Origin: Thermoproteota archaeon
GTDB taxonomy: Archaea; Korarchaeota; Korarchaeia; Korarchaeales; Korarchaeaceae
Length of the DNA stretch: 64,000 nt
NCBI GenBank assembly: GCA_027492205.1
Contig: JAOZFN010000016.1
Span: forward strand, 1 to 64,000
Direction of reading: 5' to 3'
Part shown: piece by piece, positions 37,842 through 48,309 of the stretch
Numbering within the stretch: position 1 is the stretch's first letter
Layout: each line of letters opens with the position of its first letter
The notes under the pieces: model-generated
Databases searched by the model: none
What the model saw: only the letters and a program-made list of their open reading frames with translations
What the model was told of the DNA's origin: nothing
Made by a program: the position numbers and the translations under genes

Positions 37842-38603
37842 GTGTCTCCATACAGCATCGAGGGGCTGAGCTCTGGGAGAAAGGGAGATTTGCTAGCCCT
37901 GGCGCTCGGGCTGGGGTCGACCGCGATCGGGCTTGCCCTCGCCAGACTCCACCCAATCCTCTTCCCGGCCGCGACGACCGCCGCAATCTACCCGGTGTAC
38001 CTGGCAGACCTCAGGAGCGGTCGGAACTGGCGCGCCGCCCGGCGCGTCCTCCTCTGGGCGCTCTCCTCCTCGGCGACCATGATAGCGCTCACGGCACTCC
38101 TGGGTGAGCGGATAGGCCCCCTGGTGCTGCACGGCGAGACCTACCGGCGGGAGATGTTCCACTGGATAAGGACGGGCGCCGGTCCCGAGGGGGACCCGAG
38201 GCTCTTCCTCGTCCCAAAGCTCAGGGAGATCGCCGTGTTCTCGGCCCTCTCTCTGTCCAGCGCCGGGATTCTGGGGCTCTTCCTGGGATCGTTCCTGCTG
38301 AACTACATGAACTACTACGTCGGGTGCCTCGTAATACACGCCCAGCCCGGCAGGCTGTGGGTCCCGCTGGTCTTCGGCTGGCCCATCTACGCGATCATCC
38401 GGGTGGTGGGATACGTCAACCTGGGGGTGGTGCTCTCCGTGCCGCTCCTCAGGCTCCTAAGGCAGACCAACCTCAGCCTGAGGGAGGTCAGGGGGCAGCT
38501 GGCCCTGGCGTTGGCGTGCATAGCCCTGGACTTCGCGCTCAAGGCAACCGTGGCGAACGCGGTCTACTGGCCCATCCTGAGCCGGGCGGTGAGGGTTCCC
38601 TAG
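37842..38603 (+). CDS. Multi-pass membrane protein of unknown function
   Basis: About 6-7 TM segments; a decayed copy lies at 50646-51057. Confidence 0.75.
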   Translation: MSPYSIEGLSSGRKGDLLALALGLGSTAIGLALARLHPILFPAATTAAIYPVYLADLRSGRNWRAARRVLLWALSSSATMIALTALLGERIGPLVLHGETYRREMFHWIRTGAGPEGDPRLFLVPKLREIAVFSALSLSSAGILGLFLGSFLLNYMNYYVGCLVIHAQPGRLWVPLVFGWPIYAIIRVVGYVNLGVVLSVPLLRLLRQTNLSLREVRGQLALALACIALDFALKATVANAVYWPILSRAVRVP

Positions 38604-38642
38604 CCCGCGATCCTCCCGCACTCGGCCTCCGCAGGGCCCCCG

Positions 38643-39326
38643 TCAGTCCTCTGGCGCCAGGGCGCCCCTCGCAAGCTCCAGCAACTTCTCCCTTGGCCTG
38701 GGCGCCCTTGCCACCGCCGAGGCGAGGAGGACGGCGTCCACGCCCAGCTCAAACGCCCTCCTGACGTCTTCCCCCGTGGACACGCCGGCACCGCAGATCA
38801 CGGCGACGTCCTCGAACTTCGAGCGTACCGCGTTCACCGTCCTCGTGACCGCCTCGGGTCTGGCCTTTGACACCGACACCCAAGTTCCTATGAGTTCTGG
38901 GGGCTCGAAGGCCACTGCCGTCGGCTTGAGCGCCGCGGCGGCAAGCGACTCCTCGGGGTCCCCGGCGCAGACTATAGAGGCCAGGCCCTCTCCCCTCAGC
39001 ATCTGGACGGCCGCGCGGACATCGGCCAGCCTCATCCTCCTCTCGCTGTGGTTGATGAGCGAGCCCTTAAGGCCGTACTCCCTGAGGAGCCTGGGGCTCA
39101 CGTGCCCGGTCCTGGCTCCCGGCTCCACGGGATCCACGTGCTGGGCGAAGACGGGTATGTCCACCTCTCTCGCCACCGCCCAGGCGTCCATGAGGGACGG
39201 GGCTATGCCAAAGGCCACGCCCGTCTCCCTGCCAACCTCCTCCGCCAGCCTGGCTATCTGAACGGCCCTCTGACCGACCGCCTCCCTGTAGAGCTTCAGG
39301 TTCACGATGATGTCGGGGAGGATCAT
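38643..39326 (-). CDS. tpiA: Triosephosphate isomerase, archaeal type
   Basis: VNLKLY, AQHVD, INHSE, FEPPELIG, GAGVS and LLASA motifs. Confidence 0.96.
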   Translation of the reverse strand: MILPDIIVNLKLYREAVGQRAVQIARLAEEVGRETGVAFGIAPSLMDAWAVAREVDIPVFAQHVDPVEPGARTGHVSPRLLREYGLKGSLINHSERRMRLADVRAAVQMLRGEGLASIVCAGDPEESLAAAALKPTAVAFEPPELIGTWVSVSKARPEAVTRTVNAVRSKFEDVAVICGAGVSTGEDVRRAFELGVDAVLLASAVARAPRPREKLLELARGALAPED

Positions 39327-39444
39327 CGCGTCCCCTGGGATGGGAGACAAATAAACGGCGGTGGTGGGGGTCCCGACGTCTTGAGCCCGGAGGGATGGAG
39401 GAGAGGCCAATGGGGCGTGGCCGGCGTTTAGGGGGTAAGATCCT

Positions 39445-41430
39445 TTACTGGGCGGCTTCGGCCTTGGATCTCGACTCCTCAACCGCCCTCAGCTTCTCAG
39501 CCAGCCTTGCCACCATCCGCTCGTAGGCGCCTCGGAAGCTCCTGTAGAACAGCTTCATGAGGTCGTAGACTATCAGCACGAAGAAGACCAGGAGCACGAG
39601 CAGCACGATCCGCTCCGCCAGCTCTCCGAGGCCCGGCAGGCTAGAGACCCTCGGCGGGGCTATCCACATGAGGACGGTCAGGAAGCTCAGGTAGAGGAGG
39701 TCCACCAAGGCCCTGTTCACCGCGGCCTCCGTGACGGCGCCGAGCTTCCTCACCAGCCAGCCCGAGGTCAGGTCAACGAGATACTTGAGGGCCATCAGGA
39801 TCCTGTACCCGAAGTAGACGACCGCCACCAGCTCGGCGAAGGCCAGCAGGTCGGCGGGCACTATTTGGAAGGGGCCGACCAGAACCGGCCCAAACCCAAC
39901 AATCAGCCTCTCGACGACCCTTATTATGAACAGGGCGAGCGTGAGCTTTATGGCGCTGGACAGGAGGGTTCCCAGGGCCCTCTCAGCCCTCCTCAGCCTT
40001 CGCCTCCTGCCCACCCGCCTGGCCTCCACCCTGGGGACGGGCTCCCTCCTCTCGGGCCTCTCGAAGGCGGGCCTCCCGGGGCCCGGCCCCGCGAGGACCA
40101 ACCACACCAAGGCGGCCGAGAAGGCCGCGGGGACCGTCGCCATGTAGATCAGAAAGAGGTCCAGCCTTCCGGCGATCGCAGCCATCGCGGCCACCAGGAG
40201 CCTGACGTCCCTCCCGGCCGGGCTCCACGCGCGCATCTCGACGACCCGCGGGTCCTCCCCCCAGCCCGCGAGGTGGGACACGTAGCTCGTGACGAACACG
40301 TTGCCAGCCGCGGCGGCCAGCGTCAGGAGGCCGATCGAGTCGAGGGGCCACATCGCAAGGCCAGAGGCCGCCACCACGGCCAGGTCGGCGTACCTGTCGA
40401 GGAGCGCGTCGAACACCTTTCCAAACCCGCTGGCCCTCTGAAAGAGCCTCGCCACCTCGCCGTCCACGCCGTCTAGTATCGAGGAGAGCTGCACTAGTAC
40501 CCCGCCCAGCACTCCCCCGCCCAGCGCCAGCAGGGCGGCGCCGCCGACGCAGGTCAGGAACGAGACCGCGGAGATCAGGTTCGGGCTCACCGAGATGCCG
40601 CGAAGGAACAGCCACACCGAGATCCTGGTTGAGATCGGCCTGTTCATGTATCTCGACACGGGCCCGTCGCCCGGCTTGAGGAGCGACCTCCTGAGCAGCC
40701 TGGGCAGAATCCTCCTAGCCTCCCCCAGCTCCTCTGGGGTGTCCACGTCCATCCAGAGCAGGCCCGTGACGTCGACGTAGTCGACCTCGCCCTCCCTTAT
40801 GGCTCTCCTCAGCGCGTCGGCCACCGTGGCCTTTGGGCCGATCTCGGCTATGGTCTCCTCCACGATCCTCTTGGCCCCGGCGGCGCAGTAGAAGAGGCCG
40901 GTGTCCACCCCGTAGTAGGGGGGAGCCCTCTTCCCGACCTGCTCCACCCTCCCGTCGCGGACGACGACCTTCAGGCCCTCCTCGATCTTGTCCCAGGGCG
41001 GGTTCCTGTCGAGGCAGAGGGTGAACGCGGCGCCCCCTCCCTTCCTGAGGAGCCTCCTGAGGATGTCCGGCTCGAATACGTGGTCCGACATGAGGAGCAG
41101 GAACTCCTCGGAGTCCAGGGCCTCCATGCCAGCCCTCAGCGAGTAGAGGTTCCCAAAGCCCTCCTCGGCGTCCGTGGCGACTATCTCAACCGAGTCTCCG
41201 TACCTCTCGCGGAAGGCTTCCACGAGGCTGGGCCTCGTGACTATCACGACTCTCTGTATGCCCTCCTCCCTGAGCCACCTCAGCGTCAGGTCCATTATCG
41301 CCAGACCCGGGGCTAGCTCGAACAGCGACTTCGGCATCTCCCTCGAGTAGGGCTCCATTCGGGTTGCCCTTCCTGCCGCCAGAATCAGGGCTGGGGGGCG
41401 CCTCACAGGGCCGCCCGGAAGGCCCCGCAT
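39445..41430 (-). CDS. Bifunctional IPCT/DIPPS-like protein (NTP-transferase plus CDP-alcohol phosphotransferase) with an extra C-terminal membrane domain
   Basis: ILAAGRATRM..PK, MSDH, WMDVDT, DGPVSRYMNRPIS and DGVDGEVAR..G...D...DR motifs. Confidence 0.85.
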   Translation of the reverse strand: MRGLPGGPVRRPPALILAAGRATRMEPYSREMPKSLFELAPGLAIMDLTLRWLREEGIQRVVIVTRPSLVEAFRERYGDSVEIVATDAEEGFGNLYSLRAGMEALDSEEFLLLMSDHVFEPDILRRLLRKGGGAAFTLCLDRNPPWDKIEEGLKVVVRDGRVEQVGKRAPPYYGVDTGLFYCAAGAKRIVEETIAEIGPKATVADALRRAIREGEVDYVDVTGLLWMDVDTPEELGEARRILPRLLRRSLLKPGDGPVSRYMNRPISTRISVWLFLRGISVSPNLISAVSFLTCVGGAALLALGGGVLGGVLVQLSSILDGVDGEVARLFQRASGFGKVFDALLDRYADLAVVAASGLAMWPLDSIGLLTLAAAAGNVFVTSYVSHLAGWGEDPRVVEMRAWSPAGRDVRLLVAAMAAIAGRLDLFLIYMATVPAAFSAALVWLVLAGPGPGRPAFERPERREPVPRVEARRVGRRRRLRRAERALGTLLSSAIKLTLALFIIRVVERLIVGFGPVLVGPFQIVPADLLAFAELVAVVYFGYRILMALKYLVDLTSGWLVRKLGAVTEAAVNRALVDLLYLSFLTVLMWIAPPRVSSLPGLGELAERIVLLVLLVFFVLIVYDLMKLFYRSFRGAYERMVARLAEKLRAVEESRSKAEAAQ

Positions 41431-42041
41431 TAAACCCTTTGCTCATTCTCAATTTACGGACATAAAATAAGCTCTGCGGCCACGAGGGATCCGCAGATCG
41501 TGGAACTGGTCGCCCGAGCGCGTCAGCCCCACATTTTCCCGGCGATGTCGTCAGCGAGAAGGGGTTCTCGTCTTGACCGTTTTCAATCGGGTCCAGTTGT
41601 ACCTGTCCCCCCATCCCCTCGGTGACCCCCTCCTTGACCTCGCGCGCGTCGGGGGCAGGGGTACGTCTGGATCCCTCCGGGGTTGAGGGGCGGGCCGAGA
41701 TTCGGGGGGCTTCAGCGGCTTCCGTCGGGAGCTCGAGAGGTCTGGGGACGATTCGGCCAGGATAAACTCTGCGACGTGGCCGGACCCGAGCTGAAACGGG
41801 TCGACGGACTTCAGCCTGCCGCAGAGCCGGCGCCGTCGGACGACGCGAGTCGGATCTGGCCGCCGCCCGAGAGGCGCCGGGCGAGCTTGAGATCGGTGGG
41901 GATCGACTCGAGAGGCGCGAGTCCCTCCTTCAGGAGGGAAGGGAGAGTGGCAGGGGCCGTTCGGCGGTATCGACAGGCGGTGTCCGGAGGTTCAGGCCGA
42001 GAGGGTGAGGGAGAGAAGGGAGGGGGGAGCGGTCGCCCCGA

Positions 42042-43754
42042 TCACGAGGGCGGGGCGAAGATGGAGAACTTCCTCAGCCTGGCCCTCAGCTCCATTAGGG
42101 CGATCACGTTGATGGCCGATATCGAGCCGACGACCCTGGTCCCCTCCTCGACGACGGGCAGGCAGGCGACGCCGTACTCGTACATCTTGTGAACGGCAGC
42201 CTCCACCGGTTCCTCCGGCTCCACGAATGGGTATCCGAGCCTCGCGACGTCCCCAACCCTCGTCTTCTCCCAGAGCTCCGGCGCAAGCCTCTCGACGTCC
42301 TCCACCTCGATGACGCCGATCACCCTGCCGTTCTCGACGACGGGGTAGGTGAGGAACTCCGGGTGCTTGATCAGGACCTCGTCGACGAACTCCTTCAGGG
42401 TCGCCTTAGCGTCGACCGTCGGCGGGGCGGGGCCCATGACCTCCCTCACGGGGATGTCTCCGATGTCCTGGAGGCCGATCCTCTCCATCAGTCTCTGGTT
42501 CTTGGGCAGGGAGGTCGGACCCGAGATGAGGTAGGCCGCGGCCGAGGCGACGATGCTCGGGATCAGGTAGAACTCTGAGCCGGTGGTCTCGGCCACGAAG
42601 GCCACGGAGGTCAGCGGGGTCTTGAAGCCGGCCGACAGCATGGCCGACATGCCCAGGGCCACGAAGAGGTCCTCGTTCCTCCCAAGCGTCTGCCCCCAGA
42701 CTGCCCCGAGGGCGGAGCCCATCACGATCGTGGGGATGAAGACGCCCCCCACCCCGGCGCCTCCGAGGGTCAGGGCCGTGGTGAGCGCCTTGAGGAGGAG
42801 CATTGTCGCGAAGAACTCGGCGCCCCAGCGGGAAGCCAGGGCGCCCCTCACGAGGTCGTAGCTGGTGCCCAGGGGGTGGGGCCCTCCGAAGAGGGTCACC
42901 GAGGTGAGGCCGATCAGGCCAACCCCGAGCCCGCTGAGGAACCCCCTAAGGGTGTACGGCGTGTCCTCTCCCCAGGCCGACTCCACGGCGTTGATGAGTT
43001 TCACGAAGCCGACCGAGGCCGCCCCGGCGACCAGACCCTCGGCTACTGCGAAGAACACTATGAAGAGGTCAACCGAGGCGTATACCGAGGGGTAGCGGAA
43101 TATGGGCTTCGTGCCGAGTATCGAACCCAGGGTCAGGTAGGAGGCCACAGAGGCGACCAGGGCGGGCACGACCGCCTTGTGCTCCAGACCCTCCTTGTAC
43201 GGGACTTCCAAGGCGAAGATCAGGCCGGTCAGCGGGGCCTTGAAGACGGCGCCTATGCCGGCGGCCGCGCCGGTCATCAGGAGGATCCTCCTGTCGGCGC
43301 GAACGCCGAGCCCCCTGATCAGCCGCTCGAGGGCCACCCCAACCCCGCCGCCTATGTGAATGCTCGGCCCCTCCAGGCCGGCGCTCCCCCCCCCCAGCCC
43401 TATCGTTGTCGCGGACGCGACGGCCTTGGGCGGGAGGTCCCTCATCTCCAGCCTTCCATTCCTCTCGTGGTAGGCCTCGAGGACCTCCTCAGTGCCGTGC
43501 ATGTCGGGATCAATCGTCAGCCTGTCCCTGATCACTCCGGTAATGGTCAGTCCCGCCACCGGAGCCATGAGCGCAAGGAGGGGGTACCTGACCATCAGCT
43601 CCTGCAGCGCCTCCCAGGGTCTGGCGACGGCGAAGTCGAGGCCTGCGACGGCGACCCCAGTGGCCACCCCTATCAGGGCGGCCGTTACGAACCACTTGGC
43701 GAGGTTGGCCCCCAGGATCTTGGGACCCCCGGGGAAGGAGCGGAGCGGTATCAT
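42042..43754 (-). CDS. CLC chloride channel/antiporter with tandem CBS domains
   Basis: GSAGLEGP, GAAAGIGAVFKAPL, GGVFIP and FKTPLTS motifs; C-terminal CBS pair. Confidence 0.93.
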   Translation of the reverse strand: MIPLRSFPGGPKILGANLAKWFVTAALIGVATGVAVAGLDFAVARPWEALQELMVRYPLLALMAPVAGLTITGVIRDRLTIDPDMHGTEEVLEAYHERNGRLEMRDLPPKAVASATTIGLGGGSAGLEGPSIHIGGGVGVALERLIRGLGVRADRRILLMTGAAAGIGAVFKAPLTGLIFALEVPYKEGLEHKAVVPALVASVASYLTLGSILGTKPIFRYPSVYASVDLFIVFFAVAEGLVAGAASVGFVKLINAVESAWGEDTPYTLRGFLSGLGVGLIGLTSVTLFGGPHPLGTSYDLVRGALASRWGAEFFATMLLLKALTTALTLGGAGVGGVFIPTIVMGSALGAVWGQTLGRNEDLFVALGMSAMLSAGFKTPLTSVAFVAETTGSEFYLIPSIVASAAAYLISGPTSLPKNQRLMERIGLQDIGDIPVREVMGPAPPTVDAKATLKEFVDEVLIKHPEFLTYPVVENGRVIGVIEVEDVERLAPELWEKTRVGDVARLGYPFVEPEEPVEAAVHKMYEYGVACLPVVEEGTRVVGSISAINVIALMELRARLRKFSIFAPPS

Positions 43755-44668
43755 TGAGCATCACCTCCGTAGGCGCCGGTCGAGTCCCTGGCTCTCTCGG
43801 GCCCCTGGCTCGCCGAGAGTGGGATCGACGTGAGTATAAGGGCTGCCCCTGCCGCCTGCGCGGGGGTTAGCCCCTCTCCGAGCAGGGCCCAGGAGAAGGC
43901 CGCGGCGAAGACCGGCTCGGCGAGCAGCCCCAGCGCGGCCGACTCCGGAGGAATCCTGGCCTGAGCCCACGCCTGTAGGAAGAACGCTAGCGCCGTGGCC
44001 AGGAGACCCGTGTAGGCCGCCGAGGCCGCCGCCGGCCATGTGGTCGGGAGCGACCTCTCGCCAAGCAGGGGAGAGAGGAGGGCCGCGAGGACGGGTGTCG
44101 GGAGGAACTGGCTCAGCGCCAGGCTGGCGGGGTCCGTGGACCTCGCCATGCGGTCCACGGCGACGACCTGCGCGGCCCATATGAACGCGCAGACCAGAGT
44201 AAGAGCGTCGCCCCTCGACAGGGGGATACCCCAGATGGCCCCGGTCAGCAGTCCGAGTCCGATTACGCCGAGGGAGACTGCCAGAATCGACCTGAAGGGG
44301 GGCCTCCTCCGGAACGCGAGGAACTCTACAGCCGGTACCAGCGGGGCGTTGAGGCCGGTTATGAAGGCAGACTTGGTGGCCGAGGTGCCGGCCAGCCCCT
44401 CCAGCTGAAAGGCGAACCCCAGGAACACCAGCACTCCGGTGGCCACGCCCCACTGCGTCACCTGGGGCCTCCTGCCGGTCAGCCTCATCCCACCCCAGAG
44501 GGCCACCGACGCGAGGGCGAACCTGGCGGCGAGAAAGGGCATCGGATCGGAGGTCTGGAAGGCGTGCTTCATCGCCGGGAATGTGCCCCCCCAGAGGGCC
44601 GCCACCCCGAGTATCCCGGCGACCCCCTGAAGCCTCTGACGGCGAAGGCCGCGGAGATCTGTCCTCAA
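43751..44668 (-). CDS. EamA/DMT family transporter
   Basis: LWGGTFPAMK, ARFALA, SATKSAFITGL, GDALTL and AEPVFAA motifs; start placed at TTG 44668. Confidence 0.88.
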   Translation of the reverse strand: MRTDLRGLRRQRLQGVAGILGVAALWGGTFPAMKHAFQTSDPMPFLAARFALASVALWGGMRLTGRRPQVTQWGVATGVLVFLGFAFQLEGLAGTSATKSAFITGLNAPLVPAVEFLAFRRRPPFRSILAVSLGVIGLGLLTGAIWGIPLSRGDALTLVCAFIWAAQVVAVDRMARSTDPASLALSQFLPTPVLAALLSPLLGERSLPTTWPAAASAAYTGLLATALAFFLQAWAQARIPPESAALGLLAEPVFAAAFSWALLGEGLTPAQAAGAALILTSIPLSASQGPERARDSTGAYGGDAQ

Positions 44669-44820
44669 CCCGACTCTCGCCGGGGAACCCCCGGCACGAT
44701 TAATTCTTTCCCAATGGCTGTCCTCGGGACGGAAGCGGACGTCTCCAGAGCGCCCAGGTTTGACTACAGGGCCAGCTCTCCCCTGATGACGGTGACGGCC
44801 TCTCCTCCTATCCAGGCCTG
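44440..44820. repeat. Left copy of a diverged direct repeat (eamA 5' end, spacer, phzF 3' end)
   Basis: agggccagctctcccctgatgacggtgacggcctctcc at 44768 recurs at 46401; gcgaacctggcggcgaga and ggaaggcgtgctt.atcgccgg recur at ~46160-46220. Confidence 0.8.
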
Positions 44821-45028
44821 CACGATCTCCCCCGAGGGGCCCCCGGGTGAGGGGGTCAGTGATGCAAAACTTTTCACAGGCCACCCAAGTACGGCGAACC
44901 CATTTCTGACAGCTACCGGCGACCATCGCCGGGAGGCGGAGGGTCGGGGGTCTCCGGGGGAATACGATCAATGTTTTTACGTCCTGAGTGAATGATATGA
45001 TGGCGATCCGCCGGGGGAATCGGGCAGA

Positions 45029-45418
45029 ATGACCAGGAGAGACCTCACACGGGTTAAGGAGGCTTTAATTCGGAGGGAGGAGATCCTATTCGCCTACATC
45101 TTCGGCTCAACCGCCGAGCAGAGGGACTCGGAACTCAGCGATGTGGACATTGCAGTCTACCTGGACCCCTCCCTGCCGCGCACTAGGATGCTGGAGATAT
45201 TGGCGGAGATCGCGAGCGAGCTCGAGCCTGGGCTCAAGGTGGATCTCGCTCTCCTCAACACGGCGTCGCCGAGCCTGGCCTTCGAGGCGATAAGGGGGAA
45301 GCCGGTCGTCGTCAGGGACGAGGACGCGCTGAAGGAGTTCGTCTACAGAACCCTCAAGGTGTATCACGACAGGAGGTACTACGACTTGAGATGGGCGAGG
45401 GCGGTCCTGGCGAGGTGA
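45029..45418 (+). CDS. Minimal nucleotidyltransferase antitoxin (MNT/MntA)
   Basis: FGS...SDVDIAV and KVDLALLN motifs. Confidence 0.92.
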   Translation: MTRRDLTRVKEALIRREEILFAYIFGSTAEQRDSELSDVDIAVYLDPSLPRTRMLEILAEIASELEPGLKVDLALLNTASPSLAFEAIRGKPVVVRDEDALKEFVYRTLKVYHDRRYYDLRWARAVLAR

Positions 45419-45862
45419 GTGAGGGTGTACTTTGCTGAGAAAGTGTCTAGGAAGATAGCCGTCCTTGAGAGAGCGTTGGGCTACCTCAGATCCAGGGCCG
45501 ACGTGACTCCTGAGCAGATCGAGGGAAACTATGAGCTGAGGAGCGCCTTGGAGAGGAACTTCCAGGTCGCGATAGAGGCGGCGCTGGACATAGGAGAGAT
45601 GATAATCGCTGAGGAGGGACTCCCCAGGCCAGAGGAGTACAGGGGGGTATTCCTAGAGCTCGGGAGGGCGGGCATACTCCCGAGGGATTTTGCAGAGAGG
45701 ATAGCGCCTATGGCTGGCTTCAGGAACGTGCTGGTACACCAGTACGATGTGGTGGAGCCAGAGCGTCTGTGCGAGTTTCTGAGAGATAGGCTCGCCGACC
45801 TGGAGGACTTCCTCAAGTGTGTGAGGGCCTACATGAGGAGGAAGGGCGTCGCCCAGCCCTGA
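45419..45862 (+). CDS. HEPN (DUF86/HepT) RNase toxin
   Basis: ALERNFQVAIEAALD and GFRNVLVHQY (R-x4-H-x-Y). Confidence 0.92.
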   Translation: MRVYFAEKVSRKIAVLERALGYLRSRADVTPEQIEGNYELRSALERNFQVAIEAALDIGEMIIAEEGLPRPEEYRGVFLELGRAGILPRDFAERIAPMAGFRNVLVHQYDVVEPERLCEFLRDRLADLEDFLKCVRAYMRRKGVAQP

Positions 45863-46079
45863 TCGCTTTCGGAGACGGTGTTGGAGATGCACTCCTATTG
45901 ACAGGTCCTGGCTTAAGCGGCTCCGAGGTGAGCCGATGCCTCCCGTGCGAGGTCGGGCCAGGGGGATGTAGGTCGAGAGCAGCACAGCGCCAAGCCCGAT
46001 ACCCTACCTCGAGATTTTCCCTGGGCCCCTCCCACCCCCTGGCGCGGCGCTTCAATTCGGGATGATGACAAGGAGACGC

Positions 46080-46330
46080 GCGTGGCGACCCCCCTGACGT
46101 GCTACCCCGGGCCTCCTGCCTGCCAGCCTGGCCCTGCCCAGATGGCCGCCGACGCGAACGCGAACCTGGCGGCGAGAGGGCGCTGGGTCGGACATCCGGA
46201 AGGCGTGCTTTATCGCCGGAAAAGTCCCGGTCCTGAGCGCGGCGGCGGTAAGTGTTCCCGCGATCCCGGAGGCCGCCCCGGCAGATCGCCCGCCGCCCCT
46301 CTGGTTCAACTCCAGGCCGCGGTCGGCGGG
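46080..46330 (-). pseudogene. Decayed copy of the eamA 5' end (part of the right repeat copy)
   Basis: GIAGTLTAAALRTGTFPAIKHAFRMSDP vs intact GVAGILGVAALWGGTFPAMKHAFQTSDP; frameshifted afterwards. Confidence 0.8.
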
Positions 46331-46369
46331 CCGATTAATGCTTTCTCCTCCTCGAGCCCCCCACAGGGG

Positions 46370-47242
46370 TCAGGCAACCCTCCTGGCCTGACCGGGTTCG
46401 AGGGCCAGCTCTCCCCTGATGACGGTGACGGCCTCTCCCCCTATCCAGGCCCGCCCTCCCTCGTCAACCCACGCCCTGACGACGCCGACCCTGCCGAAGG
46501 CGTGCCCCTGCCTGACCTCCACGGCCTCCAGCCTCATGTATGAGCTGGCGTACGCGGCGAGGCAGGCGGCGCCGGTGCCCGTGACCGGATCTTCCTCCAC
46601 GCCTATGGCCGGGGCGAAGGCCCTCGCCACGAACTCGCCCGAGCCAGAGAAGGTGTAGATCCCCACGGCGCCTAGATCCACGCTTAGCGCCCTTATGGAC
46701 TCGAATTTCGGCCTAGCGGAGAGGACGGCCTCCACAGACTTCAGGGGAACCATCAGCCAAGGGAGGCCGACCGACACCCGGGCGACCGGGATGGCGTGAT
46801 CCACGTTCGCTGGGTCGACCCCGAGCGCCTCAGCAACCCGGGCCCTCTCCACCTCGAGCGGCCTTACTCTGGTCTCGGCCATCCGTATAGCATACGTGGG
46901 ATCTCCTCCCACGCTGGCCACCAGCTCGCCAGCATTCGTGGTTATCCTCATCAGCCCCTCTCTGACGAGCCCCACCTCGTGGAGCGCGTGGAGAGCGGCT
47001 ACGGTGCCGTGCCCACAGGCGTCCACCTCCACCCCCGTGGGCGTGACGAACCTGAACCGCGGGACCCCTCCTACCGGCCTGTACACAAACACGGTCTCTG
47101 AGCTGGCTATCTCGCCGGGGAGTCTCCTGACAACGCCGTCAGGTAGGGCGTCGGCCCAGTAGACGACGCCCGCCCGGTTCCCACCGAAGGGGTCTCGGGT
47201 GAAGGCGTCGATGACGCAGACCCTGATCAAGGGCCCACCCAC
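46370..47242 (-). CDS. PhzF family isomerase/epimerase
   Basis: [27 protein letters not shown] and EEDPVTGTG motifs. Confidence 0.93.
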   Translation of the reverse strand: MGGPLIRVCVIDAFTRDPFGGNRAGVVYWADALPDGVVRRLPGEIASSETVFVYRPVGGVPRFRFVTPTGVEVDACGHGTVAALHALHEVGLVREGLMRITTNAGELVASVGGDPTYAIRMAETRVRPLEVERARVAEALGVDPANVDHAIPVARVSVGLPWLMVPLKSVEAVLSARPKFESIRALSVDLGAVGIYTFSGSGEFVARAFAPAIGVEEDPVTGTGAACLAAYASSYMRLEAVEVRQGHAFGRVGVVRAWVDEGGRAWIGGEAVTVIRGELALEPGQARRVA

Positions 47243-47293
47243 CCGCCGCGCCGCCCCATATCTAATAACTGCGGGCGCGCCGAAAGGGGGCCT

Positions 47294-48034
47294 TTGGTCG
47301 CCGGGACTGATCTGCGCAGGGCCGCCGAGATCCTAGCGTCTTCCTCTCGAGCAGTTGCGTTCACGGGAGCTGGGATCTCCGCCGAGGCCGGTATACCAAC
47401 CTTTCGGGGTAGGGGAGGCCTCTGGGAGACGTTCAGGCCGGAAGAGCTAGCGACCCCTGAGGCCTTCAGTAGGGACCCAAGGAGGGTCTGGGAGTGGTAC
47501 GCCTGGAGGATAAGGAAGGTGCTCTCCGCGGAGCCCACGCCAGCCCACAGAGTGCTCGCCGAGTGGGAGGCGGAGGGGCGGCTCGCCGGGGTCATCACGC
47601 AGAATGTGGACGGGTTGCATCAGAGGGCGGGGAGCAGGAGAGTCGTGGAACTCCACGGGAGAATAACTCAAGCCAGGTGCACCGGGTGTTATAAGACGCT
47701 GGAGTTCGAGGCCCCGCCCGAGGAGGTTCCTCCCAGGTGCAGAGACTGCGGGTCATTGTTACGGCCGGACGTGGTGTGGTTTGGAGAGAGCCTGCCAGAG
47801 GTCGACTGGAGAAAGGCCGCCGAGCTGTCGAGATCCTGCGACGTTATGATCGTGATAGGAACCAGCGCGGTTGTTTACCCCGCCGCTCAGCTCCCACTGA
47901 TTGCCAAAGCTTCTGGGGCCGATCTTATTGAGGTAAACCCCGAAAGGACGGCCCTCTCGAAGACTGCAGATGTGTCGCTGAGGATGAGGGCCAGCGCGGC
48001 CCTTACCGCTCTCGACAAGCTCCTGAGGAGGTAG
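47294..48034 (+). CDS. cobB: NAD-dependent protein deacylase (Sir2)
   Basis: [28 protein letters not shown], two CxxC pairs, RPDVVWFGE and [10 protein letters not shown]. Confidence 0.96.
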   Translation: MVAGTDLRRAAEILASSSRAVAFTGAGISAEAGIPTFRGRGGLWETFRPEELATPEAFSRDPRRVWEWYAWRIRKVLSAEPTPAHRVLAEWEAEGRLAGVITQNVDGLHQRAGSRRVVELHGRITQARCTGCYKTLEFEAPPEEVPPRCRDCGSLLRPDVVWFGESLPEVDWRKAAELSRSCDVMIVIGTSAVVYPAAQLPLIAKASGADLIEVNPERTALSKTADVSLRMRASAALTALDKLLRR

Positions 48035-48309
48035 TTCGTGTGGCTGTGGAGTCCAGTCCCTCGCTGTGAGGGGCTAATCGACCTCTCGGAAGGGGAAGCG
48101 AGACAACGTGAACGCTACCGTCGACCCGTTGAGGTCGGCGTCAAGCTCCACGTCGAGCTGAGGAGATGAGGTAAACCGGGCTCTCCGTCGCGACTACTGG
48201 CGCCGTGCGTCAATGGCATGGGGCACTTAGCGTGATCATCTCACCCTGCGGCAGGGGCCAAGGGACCATTTGAGGAACTGTAAGAGTTAGCCGAGGGGTT
48301 TACCGAGGT

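Noticed and set aside
41431-42041. Possible ncRNA or gene in long spacers (also 25440-25900 and 55951-56738)
   Set aside because: No recognisable RNA family, motif or credible ORF; a covariance-model search would be needed.
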